IMG/VR virus record: IMGVR_UViG_3300042934_000212
DNA length: 64,000 nucleotides
Source of the DNA: a virus
Lineage: Duplodnaviria; Heunggongvirae; Uroviricota; Caudoviricetes
Strand: one strand, 5' to 3'
Shown: positions 53,525 to 63,746 of the stretch, piece by piece
How the letters are laid out: every line of letters begins with the position of its first letter
Position numbering within the stretch: position 1 is the first letter of the stretch
Program-made: the position numbers and the translations under genes
The notes under the pieces: model-generated
Database searches by the model: none
What the model was told of the DNA's origin: nothing
What the model saw: only the letters and a program-made list of their open reading frames with translations

Positions 53525-55815
53525 TATACTAGTTTAATTTCACCGTCGATTACATCAAAGTTAGCAACGCCACCTTTACGTAGAGAACCGATTAGAATCT
53601 CTTTCGATAGTGGAACGCGAATCTTATCATTGATGATACGTTTCATTGGACGAGCACCCATTCCTGGAGTTACACCCTTCTTAGCCAATTCTTCTTTCGC
53701 TGCGTCAGATAGTACTACACTAACACCGCGACCATCTAGATCGGACTGTAGTTCTGCGATGAACTTGTCAACAACACTGATAATAACATCATGGCCTAGT
53801 TCATTGAACTTGATCACACTGTCAATACGGTTGATGAACTCTGGTGGTAGATGTTTCTTAATTGCAGAATCCATACCATCATCGCCAGATGACTTCATAC
53901 CCATTGATAGTACCGCAGAATCACGAGCACCTAAGTTAGTAGTCATAATGATAGTCACGTTGTCGAAATAAACGGTCTTACCATGTGAACCCGTTAAACG
54001 TCCTTCGTCCATAACCTGTAGGAAAGTTAGAAGTACTTTACGGTCTGCTTTCTCGATTTCATCAAGAAGAAGAATACAGTTAGGATGTTGTTCAACTTTA
54101 TCTAGTAGAAGTCCGTTACCTGAATCATGACCTACATAACCTGGAGGTGAACCGATTAGTTTAGATACGTTGTGCTCTTGAGCAAACTCTGACATATCGA
54201 AGCGAACGATTTCCTGACCCATTGCATCAGCTAGTGCTTTACTGATTTCAGTTTTACCTGTACCGGATGGTCCAACAAACATGAACGCACCTTGGATGGT
54301 ATTTTTACCACGTAAACCTGCACGAGCAACCATCACGTTTTCTACTAACTTCTCAACCGCTTGGTCTTGACCGAATACACGGCTACGAAGATTGTCAGCA
54401 AGATTTAACATGCGATCACTTTCTTCACACGCTACGATCTCTAGTGGAATGTTAGCTACACGAGATACTTCGTTAACAATGTCAGAACGTTCAATTACAT
54501 CTGAAGGTTCAGCTTTGTTACGGTTACGTGCACCAGCAGCATCTAGTAGATCAATTGCTTTATCTGGAAAACGTTTGTTCTGTAGATACTTACCAGATAG
54601 TTCTAAGATTGCATCAATTGCATCAGCAGAGAATACAGCACTGTGGAACTTTTCGTATGTTTCTTTAACGCCGTTTAGAATCTGACGAGTTTCATCTAAA
54701 GTTGGTTCAAGAATATCTACTTTCATGAAACGACGCTGTAATGCTGCATCTTTTTCAATGTGTTTACGATATTCATCGTAAGTTGTTGCACCGATAACAC
54801 GGATTTCACCACGAGATAATGCTGGTTTTAACATGTTGCTCATGTCCAAAGAACCTGAACCACTCGAACCTGCACCCATGATTGTGTGAATTTCATCAAT
54901 GAATAGAATGACGTTTTCACGTTCTTTCAATTCAGTAAGTAGCATATCAACACGTTCTTCAAACTCACCACGATACTTAGTACCAGCAGTGAATGCACCC
55001 ATGTTCAAAGAAAGAATTTCAACATCTTTCATTTCTTCTGGAACATCACCGTTTGCGATTTTTAATGCAAGACCATCTACGATTTGAGTTTTACCAACAC
55101 CTGGTTCACCGACTAGAGCACCATTCTTCTTAGTCTTACGAGAAAGAATCTGGATTAGATCTGCTAGTTCAGTTTCACGACCGATTAGTGGATCTAGTTT
55201 ACCAGCAGATGCCATTTCGGTTAGATTGGTTGTGTAGTTTTCGATTGTACGTTTTTGATCAACTTTAACATTTACTCCACCACGTTTGTTTGCTGCTGCT
55301 TCTGCTTTAGTTGGAACTTCGTCAGAAGTACTGCTACGCAAATCAACATCGTAGTTAATGCTGTTGATATAGTTCTGTAGTTCACGTGCAACTGCTGTGC
55401 GGCTTAGATCAAGTTCTTCTAGTGCAGCATCAAGTGCAGTATGTGGGAAAGACAGACATTCAAAAAGAATGAAAAACGCTTGGATAGTATAATCGTTTTC
55501 TTTAAGTTGTTCGATTACTGACTTTTTACGTAGTTCTACCATTACTTTAGTAACAATAGAAGATACTGGAGTCATATCTTTAGCAAGCTGTTCTTCAACT
55601 GAATACGGAAGTGCTGGGGTATTGAACTTCTCAAGATAATCAGTGATACGTGCTTTTAGTTTTTTGGCATTAATATCGTTGACGCTTAGAAATTCAACAA
55701 TGCTTGGAATATCAAGAGCAATAACTGCTAAGTGATCGATGGTCAACATACTATGACCCATGTCACGTGCTAGTTGCTCACCCTTTTGGAAAAAATCGTC
55801 GAAACTATAGCTCAT
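53524..55815 (-). CDS. clpA: ClpA-like AAA+ unfoldase
   Basis: LDPLIGR, GEPGVGKT, AGTKYRGEFEER, LFIDEIH, PDKAIDLLD, GPSGTGKT, RFDMSE, LLLDEIEKA, GARPM; no ClpB middle domain. Confidence 0.93.
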   Translation of the reverse strand: MSYSFDDFFQKGEQLARDMGHSMLTIDHLAVIALDIPSIVEFLSVNDINAKKLKARITDYLEKFNTPALPYSVEEQLAKDMTPVSSIVTKVMVELRKKSVIEQLKENDYTIQAFFILFECLSFPHTALDAALEELDLSRTAVARELQNYINSINYDVDLRSSTSDEVPTKAEAAANKRGGVNVKVDQKRTIENYTTNLTEMASAGKLDPLIGRETELADLIQILSRKTKKNGALVGEPGVGKTQIVDGLALKIANGDVPEEMKDVEILSLNMGAFTAGTKYRGEFEERVDMLLTELKERENVILFIDEIHTIMGAGSSGSGSLDMSNMLKPALSRGEIRVIGATTYDEYRKHIEKDAALQRRFMKVDILEPTLDETRQILNGVKETYEKFHSAVFSADAIDAILELSGKYLQNKRFPDKAIDLLDAAGARNRNKAEPSDVIERSDIVNEVSRVANIPLEIVACEESDRMLNLADNLRSRVFGQDQAVEKLVENVMVARAGLRGKNTIQGAFMFVGPSGTGKTEISKALADAMGQEIVRFDMSEFAQEHNVSKLIGSPPGYVGHDSGNGLLLDKVEQHPNCILLLDEIEKADRKVLLTFLQVMDEGRLTGSHGKTVYFDNVTIIMTTNLGARDSAVLSMGMKSSGDDGMDSAIKKHLPPEFINRIDSVIKFNELGHDVIISVVDKFIAELQSDLDGRGVSVVLSDAAKEELAKKGVTPGMGARPMKRIINDKIRVPLSKEILIGSLRKGGVANFDVIDGEIKLV

Positions 55816-55854
55816 CGTGCTCTCCTTCGTTAAATTTTTATTCTGCACTTACAT

Positions 55855-55883
55855 ATTATAGCACAAAAGTTGAATCTGTTCCA
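55855..55883 (-). promoter_or_regulatory. Early/middle promoter variant (clpA)
   Basis: TGGAAC-N17-TATAAT with TGTGC before the -10. Confidence 0.75.
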
Positions 55884-55924
55884 AAAATAAATACAATATA
55901 GATTTCTTTTTTGGAGATAAAAAA

Positions 55925-57406
55925 ATGTCTTATAGAATGTGGAAAAAAGGTCGTACAAACGATTACAAGTTCATTGACAATGCGATTGGTGAACAATACA
56001 ACATTGGTGGGGTTGATATGTGGCTCTATACATATCAGGGTCCAAAAGGCAATGAAGGAAGTACTGATTCGACGCTACCAGATTACAGCACAGGTAATGG
56101 CACTTTGTCAAGCTTAGGTGATTACGTTTTTGGCGAAACCACACAACGCTCATACAACGTACAGGCTATCACACTTCCTGCTGTTTATCAAGTACAAGAA
56201 GCAACTCCTGACCTAAAAATTCCAGGGCTATTCTTTAACTTCGACACAATGGACATTACTGTTCATTACAACACAATGATGCAACGTGTCGGAAGAAAGA
56301 TTATCGCTGGTGATGTAATAGAATTACCTAACTTACGCGACTTCGATGTTATCGGTCGTGACACTGGTTTAAACCGTTTCTACGTAGTACAGGACGCTTT
56401 CAGGACGTCTGAAGGTTATTCCGCTACATGGCAACACCATATTTTTAAACTTCGTGTGAAGCCTCTGACGGACTCTCCTGAGTTCTCAGATATTACAGAT
56501 CAAGATAGTAATGCTTTTCCTGATGACCCGAATGATCCAAATAATGGAAATGGTAATGGTAGTCTAGGAAATAGTTCTGCTGGAACTGAGCTTGATATTA
56601 TGAATCGTATCATACAACAAGCAGATTCAGAAGTACCATATATTCACTGGACTAACGAACACATTTACAATGATATTTCAGATATTAGTGAACTGTCAAG
56701 ATATATCATTAGTGGTTACGATTTCCCTGTTAATCCTTCGAAGAACATGTTTTTCATAAAGAACACACTACCAGTACTTTATGAGAAAGATGCTGATTCA
56801 AACTGGACAATTGTACAAACATCATACGGTGCAAAACTACCACGTAAAGCTGAAGATTTTTCATTCTTCTTTGTGGAAGATGCGGCAAGCGTATCTGGTT
56901 ATACATTATATCAGTACTACCTAAGTGATAAAAAATGGCTAAACTGTTTATTACCGTTTACTGAGGAAGACACTGTACCAGAAGATGCAGAAGACTTCTA
57001 CTGTTATTATCATAAACCTCAACTTTATCAGGTTGAAGATGATGGAGTAACATGGGTAATTCCACCGGATTCACATAGTAATGTTCCGTTTACTACAAAA
57101 GATATTGCGGCAAACCGTACAAACCATGATGACATGCGTCCGGCGATTCCACCTACACAAACTTCTGAAAACTCTGGTGACCAGTTCCCTAGTGACCCTT
57201 CAGATGGTGAGTACTTTTATCGTACTGACTATGTACCACAGACATTATGGAAGTTCAATTCAGAAACTTCTTCGTGGTCACAATTCAACTACGGTGGTCG
57301 GTTACCGTGGACAGGTGCAAATCTAGAACAAACTGCGTTCATCAATAGTCCAGATAGAGTATCTATCCAGGATGTTGTTAAACCTAACATCATTTATAAA
57401 AAATAA
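55925..57406 (+). CDS. Neck/head-completion protein (gp14-like N-domain plus extension)
   Basis: Precedes the gp15-like gene; GRKIIAGDVIELP, WQHHI..L..KP..DS.EF; late box at 55887. Confidence 0.6.
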   Translation: MSYRMWKKGRTNDYKFIDNAIGEQYNIGGVDMWLYTYQGPKGNEGSTDSTLPDYSTGNGTLSSLGDYVFGETTQRSYNVQAITLPAVYQVQEATPDLKIPGLFFNFDTMDITVHYNTMMQRVGRKIIAGDVIELPNLRDFDVIGRDTGLNRFYVVQDAFRTSEGYSATWQHHIFKLRVKPLTDSPEFSDITDQDSNAFPDDPNDPNNGNGNGSLGNSSAGTELDIMNRIIQQADSEVPYIHWTNEHIYNDISDISELSRYIISGYDFPVNPSKNMFFIKNTLPVLYEKDADSNWTIVQTSYGAKLPRKAEDFSFFFVEDAASVSGYTLYQYYLSDKKWLNCLLPFTEEDTVPEDAEDFYCYYHKPQLYQVEDDGVTWVIPPDSHSNVPFTTKDIAANRTNHDDMRPAIPPTQTSENSGDQFPSDPSDGEYFYRTDYVPQTLWKFNSETSSWSQFNYGGRLPWTGANLEQTAFINSPDRVSIQDVVKPNIIYKK

Positions 57407-57414
57407 GGCTCATA

Positions 57415-58752
57415 ATGAAATTAAATTATTACTACGACGGCCAATTTCGCCGTCTATTAAAACATCTTATCAGAGTCTTTGGTGAATTTCAAGTAAAAAA
57501 TGGCGTTGATGACAACGGAAACCAGAAATATAAAGTTGTTCCTGCTCGATACGCAGATATTTCTCGCTTAGCAGCAAACATCATTTCAGGAAACTCTGAG
57601 AACGTTATGCCTTCTGCACCATTAATTACATTGAACGTTGGTAATTTGAAATTAGATCGTCAGGGGATTCGTTCTCCTGCATCTCATACGATGGTTATGG
57701 GAACTAACAAATCACCTGCTCCTAATGAATATACCAAAGATCTTGATAAGCAATACCAAATAACCAGATATAACCCTACACCGTGGATTCTAACGTTTAA
57801 TGTTAACATCTGGACTACGAATTTAACTAACAAAATGGAATTGTTTGAACAGATTGCTACATTGTTCAATCCATCAATTCAGCTTCAATTGTCAGATAAT
57901 CCTATGGATTGGACGAGTGCAGTAGACATAGAACTTAAAGATTGCCAATTCAGCACTCGTGGATTCCCACAAGGTACTGAGAGTGATTTAGACATCATGG
58001 TACTAACCTTTGAATGTCCTATCTGGTTAAGTCTGCCAGCAAATGTTAAACAAGCAAAATTAATCCAACAGATTGTAACTAACATCAATACTGCCAAGGA
58101 TGAACTTGAGATTGATTTGGAAAATTACACTGACACAATAACTGACGTGTATACACCTAAGAACATGTGTATTCTGGTTGACCGTGTAGAAAGTGCAAAT
58201 GCCATTGAAACATATGAGGTCACTTTGGTAAGTTCTAGTTTAAATACTCTATCAACAAATGGAAAAATATATTCATGGGATAGGTATCTTGATTATCTTG
58301 ATCCTGCTTATGCAGAGAAAGAGTTGTATTTGAAATTCCAACAAGGAATTGAAGAAGTCAACCCAATCAAAGGACATGTAATCAAGCGTAGTACTGAAGA
58401 ACAACCAAACAAAATGGTAGTTCAGGTAGACACTTCACTATATGATGTAAAGTACACGATTAAAGGTTTTGTGTATGATGTTGAACAATTAGACGGTGCA
58501 TTACCTGAAGATTGTTTTGTTAACATCTCAGAACACAATATCATTTTTAAAGGTACAACAATCAGGCCAAATGAGTTATTCACAGTTAAGAATCATGACG
58601 TTCAGATTGTGGATGCGGCAACAATTGGTGGGTATGTTTATAATGGCGAGGATACACACTTCTACCGTTATAATGAAGTGTTTGGTTGGCACCAATCAGT
58701 ACAGAACAAGTACCGTCAAGGATACTGGAGAATAGCATTTAAAAGTGCTTAA
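57415..58752 (+). CDS. Tail sheath stabiliser/terminator (gp15-like)
   Basis: YYYDGQFRR, VPARY.D, PTPW.L...V.IWT.N...K..L.EQI..LFNP. Confidence 0.8.
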   Translation: MKLNYYYDGQFRRLLKHLIRVFGEFQVKNGVDDNGNQKYKVVPARYADISRLAANIISGNSENVMPSAPLITLNVGNLKLDRQGIRSPASHTMVMGTNKSPAPNEYTKDLDKQYQITRYNPTPWILTFNVNIWTTNLTNKMELFEQIATLFNPSIQLQLSDNPMDWTSAVDIELKDCQFSTRGFPQGTESDLDIMVLTFECPIWLSLPANVKQAKLIQQIVTNINTAKDELEIDLENYTDTITDVYTPKNMCILVDRVESANAIETYEVTLVSSSLNTLSTNGKIYSWDRYLDYLDPAYAEKELYLKFQQGIEEVNPIKGHVIKRSTEEQPNKMVVQVDTSLYDVKYTIKGFVYDVEQLDGALPEDCFVNISEHNIIFKGTTIRPNELFTVKNHDVQIVDAATIGGYVYNGEDTHFYRYNEVFGWHQSVQNKYRQGYWRIAFKSA

Positions 58753-58761
58753 GGATAAATT

Positions 58762-59229
58762 ATGACTAACGAAGCCGTGGGAGCTATTTTTCTGTCTAAG
58801 CGTACAGGACGTATGATGTTGAATTTGCGTTCTGACACAGTAACGTACCCTAATAATTGGGGCTTCGTTGGTGGTAAGATTGAGAATGGTGAAACGCCAA
58901 TAGAAGCGTTGTACAGGGAGATATATGAAGAATTAGGTGAATCAATACCTAAAATTGAAGATATTATTCCTTTTGACGTTTTCTGTACAAAGAACGAAAA
59001 GTTCAGATATTACTCTTTTGTTGTTATTGTTCAGGATGAATTTATTCCTGACCTTAATGATGAAAGTGCTGGTTATTCCTGGGTTAAAATCGGGAACTGG
59101 CCTAAACCCCTTCATCCTGGAGCTAAAAGTACATTATACAATAATACTATTGTCAGTGACTTTAACTCTTTATGGGATTCAATAAAAAATGGCAGTCCGT
59201 TTAAAACGAATCTGCCATATATCTATTAA
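58762..59229 (+). CDS. Nudix hydrolase
   Basis: Canonical Nudix box GGKIENGETPIEALYREIYEELG. Confidence 0.92.
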   Translation: MTNEAVGAIFLSKRTGRMMLNLRSDTVTYPNNWGFVGGKIENGETPIEALYREIYEELGESIPKIEDIIPFDVFCTKNEKFRYYSFVVIVQDEFIPDLNDESAGYSWVKIGNWPKPLHPGAKSTLYNNTIVSDFNSLWDSIKNGSPFKTNLPYIY

Positions 59230-60336
59230 TTATACCCCAACTGGTGGTATACCTGTCAATGTAAGCAACGCTGACCATTGTGTTAGCGTTGATTGCCCTG
59301 CATTCAAATCCGAAATTGTAGCATCAATTCTGAAACCTAAATGTTTAGAACTGTTTAATGAAGAAGTAACATATGAGTTATAATCAGCTTGTGTAGTTCC
59401 ATTGCCATTAGTTAGGCTGGCATCAACTCCATTAATCACGACTGCAACTGACCATGTTTGGTCTATACTGTCAATAGTATCAACAATCTGAGTAAGTGAA
59501 GCAATTTTACGTGGGTCTGGAATTTGACTTGCGGTAGCAACACCATTAGTAATTGTACCTTCATTATCGACATAGAATGAACCACGGATAATCCAATCAC
59601 TGTAAACACTTGGGAACGGAACGACTTCACCCGTAGAATCAGTATTCACAGTTCTTCCCATAATTTTCAATTCATAGAAATAGTTCGATCCGAACTGCAA
59701 AACACTTTCCCCATTTTGGAAGGTTACCCATCCATCTGAATCAGTAATACTTGCTCCACCTAAGTTAAAGTAAGCAATCGTTTTTGTCGATGTATTTCTG
59801 GTGAATTCAATGTACTTCTTACCTGTATCGTAATTAATATCAAGCAATGACTCGTACTGTTTGTTTACTGGTCGAGTAGTTTGAATTTCACGCCACTCTT
59901 TATTCTTCATTAGTACTTTTAGTGAGTCACCATTATTAGTTAACACCATACGACCCATAATAGAGGTATCTCCATCTGGAACGGTGTTGAATAATGTGAT
60001 CATTGGAATACTAGCCCAATCAAGTTCAGTATCAGGGTTAGCCGGGTCTGGTTGTCTAGCTGAATCTTTTAGTGAAATTAGTAATTCACCAGTACCAGAA
60101 GAATTCTTATACCAGATTTGACCTGGAACGGAACCACTTGGTCGTGTTTGACCAGCAAAGTTTTCTGCTAGCCATAATGCGTTTTCATTCCATGCCTGAC
60201 CATAACCTACTTTATCACGACCGACCAAGTTGATCGGTACTGGATTTCCATTAGGCTGATTCGGACCAAGAATTACGTTATTAGGAATGGTAGCATAAAT
60301 CTTACCATTACTACGTTTAATTGTATATTGAATCAT
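59230..60336 (-). CDS. Putative virion structural protein
   Basis: LVGR..VGYG...NEN...LAENFA...P.....GQIWY N-terminal pattern of fibre/baseplate-attached proteins. Confidence 0.6.
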   Translation of the reverse strand: MIQYTIKRSNGKIYATIPNNVILGPNQPNGNPVPINLVGRDKVGYGQAWNENALWLAENFAGQTRPSGSVPGQIWYKNSSGTGELLISLKDSARQPDPANPDTELDWASIPMITLFNTVPDGDTSIMGRMVLTNNGDSLKVLMKNKEWREIQTTRPVNKQYESLLDINYDTGKKYIEFTRNTSTKTIAYFNLGGASITDSDGWVTFQNGESVLQFGSNYFYELKIMGRTVNTDSTGEVVPFPSVYSDWIIRGSFYVDNEGTITNGVATASQIPDPRKIASLTQIVDTIDSIDQTWSVAVVINGVDASLTNGNGTTQADYNSYVTSSLNSSKHLGFRIDATISDLNAGQSTLTQWSALLTLTGIPPVGV

Positions 60337-60346
60337 TTATTTTCCC

Positions 60347-60952
60347 TTATTGTAACTGTACTCGCACAGTGTACTTTACTTGAAGAACACGGTTAGCACT
60401 CTTTTCAACTGGATGGAAAATAATATGTGATAATGCTAAACCTGAATCACCATCAGTGTAAAGACCTAGTTCATCAAATACGTAGTTACCATTCATATCA
60501 GTAGTAGAACTTACGTTCTGATCTGATGGCTCACCTAATCCCAATGTACATAGACATACAATGTCGGTATATACTTGTCCAGGAATGTGAACAGTACTAA
60601 TATTGTTGTATGCTGAATCTACACTTGCGTTTACATTAGCATTAATTTTTTTAGCATAAGTTTCTGAATATAATCCACCGAACGAGCTAATGCGTGGAGT
60701 CTTATAGGTTACGCGACCAGTACTTAAAACAACAGTACCGCCATTACCAAACCGCATTTCAGAGATTGCACCTAAGCTAACACCTGTTGAATTAGTTGAA
60801 CCCGCTAATGCATATGCAATTGCTTGACTCATATTCTCAGGGTGGATTGCGTTTGATTTATCTACCACAATAGATACGTTATCAGGATCAGTAATATCGG
60901 TAATTAATACGTGTCCTTTAACAAATAGTCTTGGTAGTTCTGTATTGTTCAT
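60347..60952 (-). CDS. Putative baseplate/fibre-attachment protein
   Basis: MRFGNGG, FDELGL, HIIFHPVEKSANR...V.YTVR. Confidence 0.6.
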   Translation of the reverse strand: MNNTELPRLFVKGHVLITDITDPDNVSIVVDKSNAIHPENMSQAIAYALAGSTNSTGVSLGAISEMRFGNGGTVVLSTGRVTYKTPRISSFGGLYSETYAKKINANVNASVDSAYNNISTVHIPGQVYTDIVCLCTLGLGEPSDQNVSSTTDMNGNYVFDELGLYTDGDSGLALSHIIFHPVEKSANRVLQVKYTVRVQLQ

Positions 60953-60962
60953 TTCTAATCCC

Positions 60963-61460
60963 TTAGTAATTTATTTGAATTTCTTCTAACTTACCGGCTA
61001 AGGTCTTTTGAAGTTCAGTCGGTTGAGTACTAATGTAATCACGCTGAACACCTACCCGCAAGTAAGTGAAATTACCTACTACATTTTCAGCAAAGGTTCC
61101 AGTAACTCCATGCATATAGATGGTTTTTTCTGAATTTGGATTGAAGATGATAGTATCGGTAAATTCCATATAAAAATTGCAACTTTCTTCGAATTTAATT
61201 GGGAACCAATCTGATTCGGTTGGATTGCTTGCTAGTGTTGCTTGGACATAAATTCGTCCAATGAAGTTGCGTAATGTAAAAGCAAGGGTATGTAATCCTG
61301 TAGTACTGCCATAGTAACCACCAGCAGCTAGCGGTAGTGAAACTTCGTTCCAGTGATAGTCCTCATTAGTCGTATACCATGAATCGGTATCTTGATAATC
61401 AAGATATTCACCATCTTTACTTTTTCTTCTGAAAAGAAAATTTTTAGATCTTAAAGCCAT
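60963..61460 (-). CDS. Hypothetical late protein
   Basis: 165 aa; GAGG RBS; TATAAATA at 61492-61499. Confidence 0.65.
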   Translation of the reverse strand: MALRSKNFLFRRKSKDGEYLDYQDTDSWYTTNEDYHWNEVSLPLAAGGYYGSTTGLHTLAFTLRNFIGRIYVQATLASNPTESDWFPIKFEESCNFYMEFTDTIIFNPNSEKTIYMHGVTGTFAENVVGNFTYLRVGVQRDYISTQPTELQKTLAGKLEEIQINY

Positions 61461-61564
61461 TTTATCAGTCCTCTGTATTTGAACTTTTACTTATTTATAG
61501 TACAGCGATTGATAAAATACTGGATAAATATTGATAATATGACATAACATAAAAGGAATGAATT

Positions 61565-62671
61565 ATGACAATTTCATTTAATAATGGGTCTTCTTCATCT
61601 TCGTGCCATTCATGTGGTATTAAAGGTCTGGTAATTAATAACGCCGGACACTTAATCGTAACATATGATGATGGATTAATTCAAGATTTAGGTTTAGTGG
61701 TTGGTGCTGACGGTACTAATTTCTATCCTAATGAAATGGGTTTCATTGTCCCAGGTTCTGATTTTGATCTAGATAAGCCTCAAGGCTGGACGTACTTGAG
61801 TTTAGTACAGCCAGTAACTTTATATTTCAAAACAAATGCCGCAAACGAATCAACATCAACATGGGTTTCGGCTCCATTTGGTCAAGGTCAAACTGGTGCA
61901 ACTGGTAAACCATTCGAAATCGATTCAAAAGGTACTACCCTTCCGACATTAAATTTAACTGATGGTTATACTTTCTACAACACAACTGACGGTAAAATTT
62001 ATATCTATGATTTAGATACACTAGCTTGGAAAGATTATCAGTTCCGTGGTGAACAAGGTCTTCAAGGTCAATTTATTATCAATTCACAAGGAATAGACTT
62101 CCCTGAAATTGCAAATTTAACACCTGGATATACCTTCTATGCCACTGACACTGGATACTTATACTACGTTATTCAAGATTCCAATGGTCAGAAATCATGG
62201 AGTCAGGGTATTCTATTCCGTGGTAAAGAGGGTGATAAAGGTGACAAGGGTGATCAGGGTGATCCTGGTTCAGATTCAAATAATATCTATGCAATAAAAA
62301 ATTCAATTGATAATTCTTTTGAAAATGCATTACTAGTTATTGGTAAAGTTCCTGCTGGATATTTGGTAACACGAATTGAAGTTACGATAATTGGTGCATA
62401 TGATTATCCGGTTACTGATTTGGAAGTTCGCTTTGGCGGCACTGCTCAATCTGAAATCGACGGTACTATCATTGCTCCAGCCGATTATTTTGACATTAAT
62501 AGTGCACGTAAGTACATCGTAGATGAAATCAATCATGATGTTAGTGATAAGGAAGAAATATTGTCTTGTATCTTCAATGAATCTGTTAATAACAGTGCAG
62601 TTGGTTCAATGACAATCGTTTGTACCATTGCTAAACAACTTGATATTACACCAATCGAAGATCATATCTAA
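61565..62671 (+). CDS. Collagen-like repeat fibre protein
   Basis: Gly-X-Y runs (GQTGATG, GEQGLQG, GKEGDKGDKGDQGDPG) separated by repeated GYTFY modules; late box at 61524. Confidence 0.7.
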   Translation: MTISFNNGSSSSSCHSCGIKGLVINNAGHLIVTYDDGLIQDLGLVVGADGTNFYPNEMGFIVPGSDFDLDKPQGWTYLSLVQPVTLYFKTNAANESTSTWVSAPFGQGQTGATGKPFEIDSKGTTLPTLNLTDGYTFYNTTDGKIYIYDLDTLAWKDYQFRGEQGLQGQFIINSQGIDFPEIANLTPGYTFYATDTGYLYYVIQDSNGQKSWSQGILFRGKEGDKGDKGDQGDPGSDSNNIYAIKNSIDNSFENALLVIGKVPAGYLVTRIEVTIIGAYDYPVTDLEVRFGGTAQSEIDGTIIAPADYFDINSARKYIVDEINHDVSDKEEILSCIFNESVNNSAVGSMTIVCTIAKQLDITPIEDHI

Positions 62672-62675
62672 TTAT

Positions 62676-62699
62676 AGGGGAACTATCAGTTCCCCTTTT
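62676..62699 (+). terminator. Intrinsic terminator
   Basis: AGGGGAACT-ATC-AGTTCCCCT-TTT. Confidence 0.8.
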
Positions 62700-62748
62700 C
62701 CATTGCTAAAATAAATACAATAACAAACATTCTAAGGAGAACGTATCG

Positions 62749-63612
62749 ATGGCAGTTTTTTCTAATTTAGAAGGAACCATGAAAAAGTCTTTTATCCTTG
62801 GTAAGAACGGTGCGAAGCTATCTGTAGCTAATAACGTATTATCAGTTCATAATTATCAAGGTACTAGTCTTATCCCTATCAGTGCTGGTGAACCAGTTGA
62901 CGATACTCACCTTGTAACTCTAACTTACTTTAAATCTCACTCAGGTGGTGGTTCAGGTAATGCTTTACGCGGTCGTGATGACCCAGCAATAAGTTTAGGT
63001 ACAGATGGTGATGTATATTATAAAGTTGACGACACTAGCATCTTGCAAGTTTATATTAAAGATGATGGGATCTGGAAACCTTTCAATATTCAACCACAAA
63101 CCGATTCACCATATGCTACTAGCAGTACTGTTAAACCATCAGACTTTGTAAAAGTTGGTGATGACTATACATATACATTACTTGCTTCTGAACATGGACG
63201 CGGATCTGATATTATTGTTCAGCTTCAAGATGGAAGTGGTGCCGTAACGGGTGCAGACGTTCAAGTTGATTCATCTGGTAATATTACTGTTACTGTTGAT
63301 TCAATTCCACAAACAAATACTAATATCATAATCATTGGGGGAACCACCTTGTCAACACCATATAGTCAACTAATTAATAAATCAAATTGGGTCGCATCTG
63401 GTAGTGATTATACACTAACGATTACGCAGGCTACTCATGGTCAGGCACCTGGCTCAATTTTTATCGCAGTATATGAAAATACTGTTGATTCAGCAACAAG
63501 TACATCACCATATACAGTCGTAACGGTAGAAACTACTATCGATAGTACTGGTAATGTAACGCTAACAGCTTCAGCACCACTTAGTGGTAAAGTAGTTATT
63601 AGCGGTAAATAA
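62749..63612 (+). CDS. Putative virion fibre/decoration protein with internal duplication
   Basis: Late box at 62710; two similar C-terminal beta modules (DYT.T.....HG...D.SGN.T.T). Confidence 0.6.
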   Translation: MAVFSNLEGTMKKSFILGKNGAKLSVANNVLSVHNYQGTSLIPISAGEPVDDTHLVTLTYFKSHSGGGSGNALRGRDDPAISLGTDGDVYYKVDDTSILQVYIKDDGIWKPFNIQPQTDSPYATSSTVKPSDFVKVGDDYTYTLLASEHGRGSDIIVQLQDGSGAVTGADVQVDSSGNITVTVDSIPQTNTNIIIIGGTTLSTPYSQLINKSNWVASGSDYTLTITQATHGQAPGSIFIAVYENTVDSATSTSPYTVVTVETTIDSTGNVTLTASAPLSGKVVISGK

Positions 63613-63616
63613 TATT

Positions 63617-63649
63617 AATCCAGAAGAACAATTCTTCTGGATTTTTTTT
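63617..63649 (+). terminator. Intrinsic terminator
   Basis: AATCCAGAAGAA-CAA-TTCTTCTGGATT then T6. Confidence 0.85.
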
Positions 63650-63746
63650 CGTTTAAACTGCACCAATATAAAGGGTGCTGGATAAATACATAAAATAATG
63701 ATTGGGATAATAGTTTTTTCCAAATTCAATCCAACGGAGGGATTAC

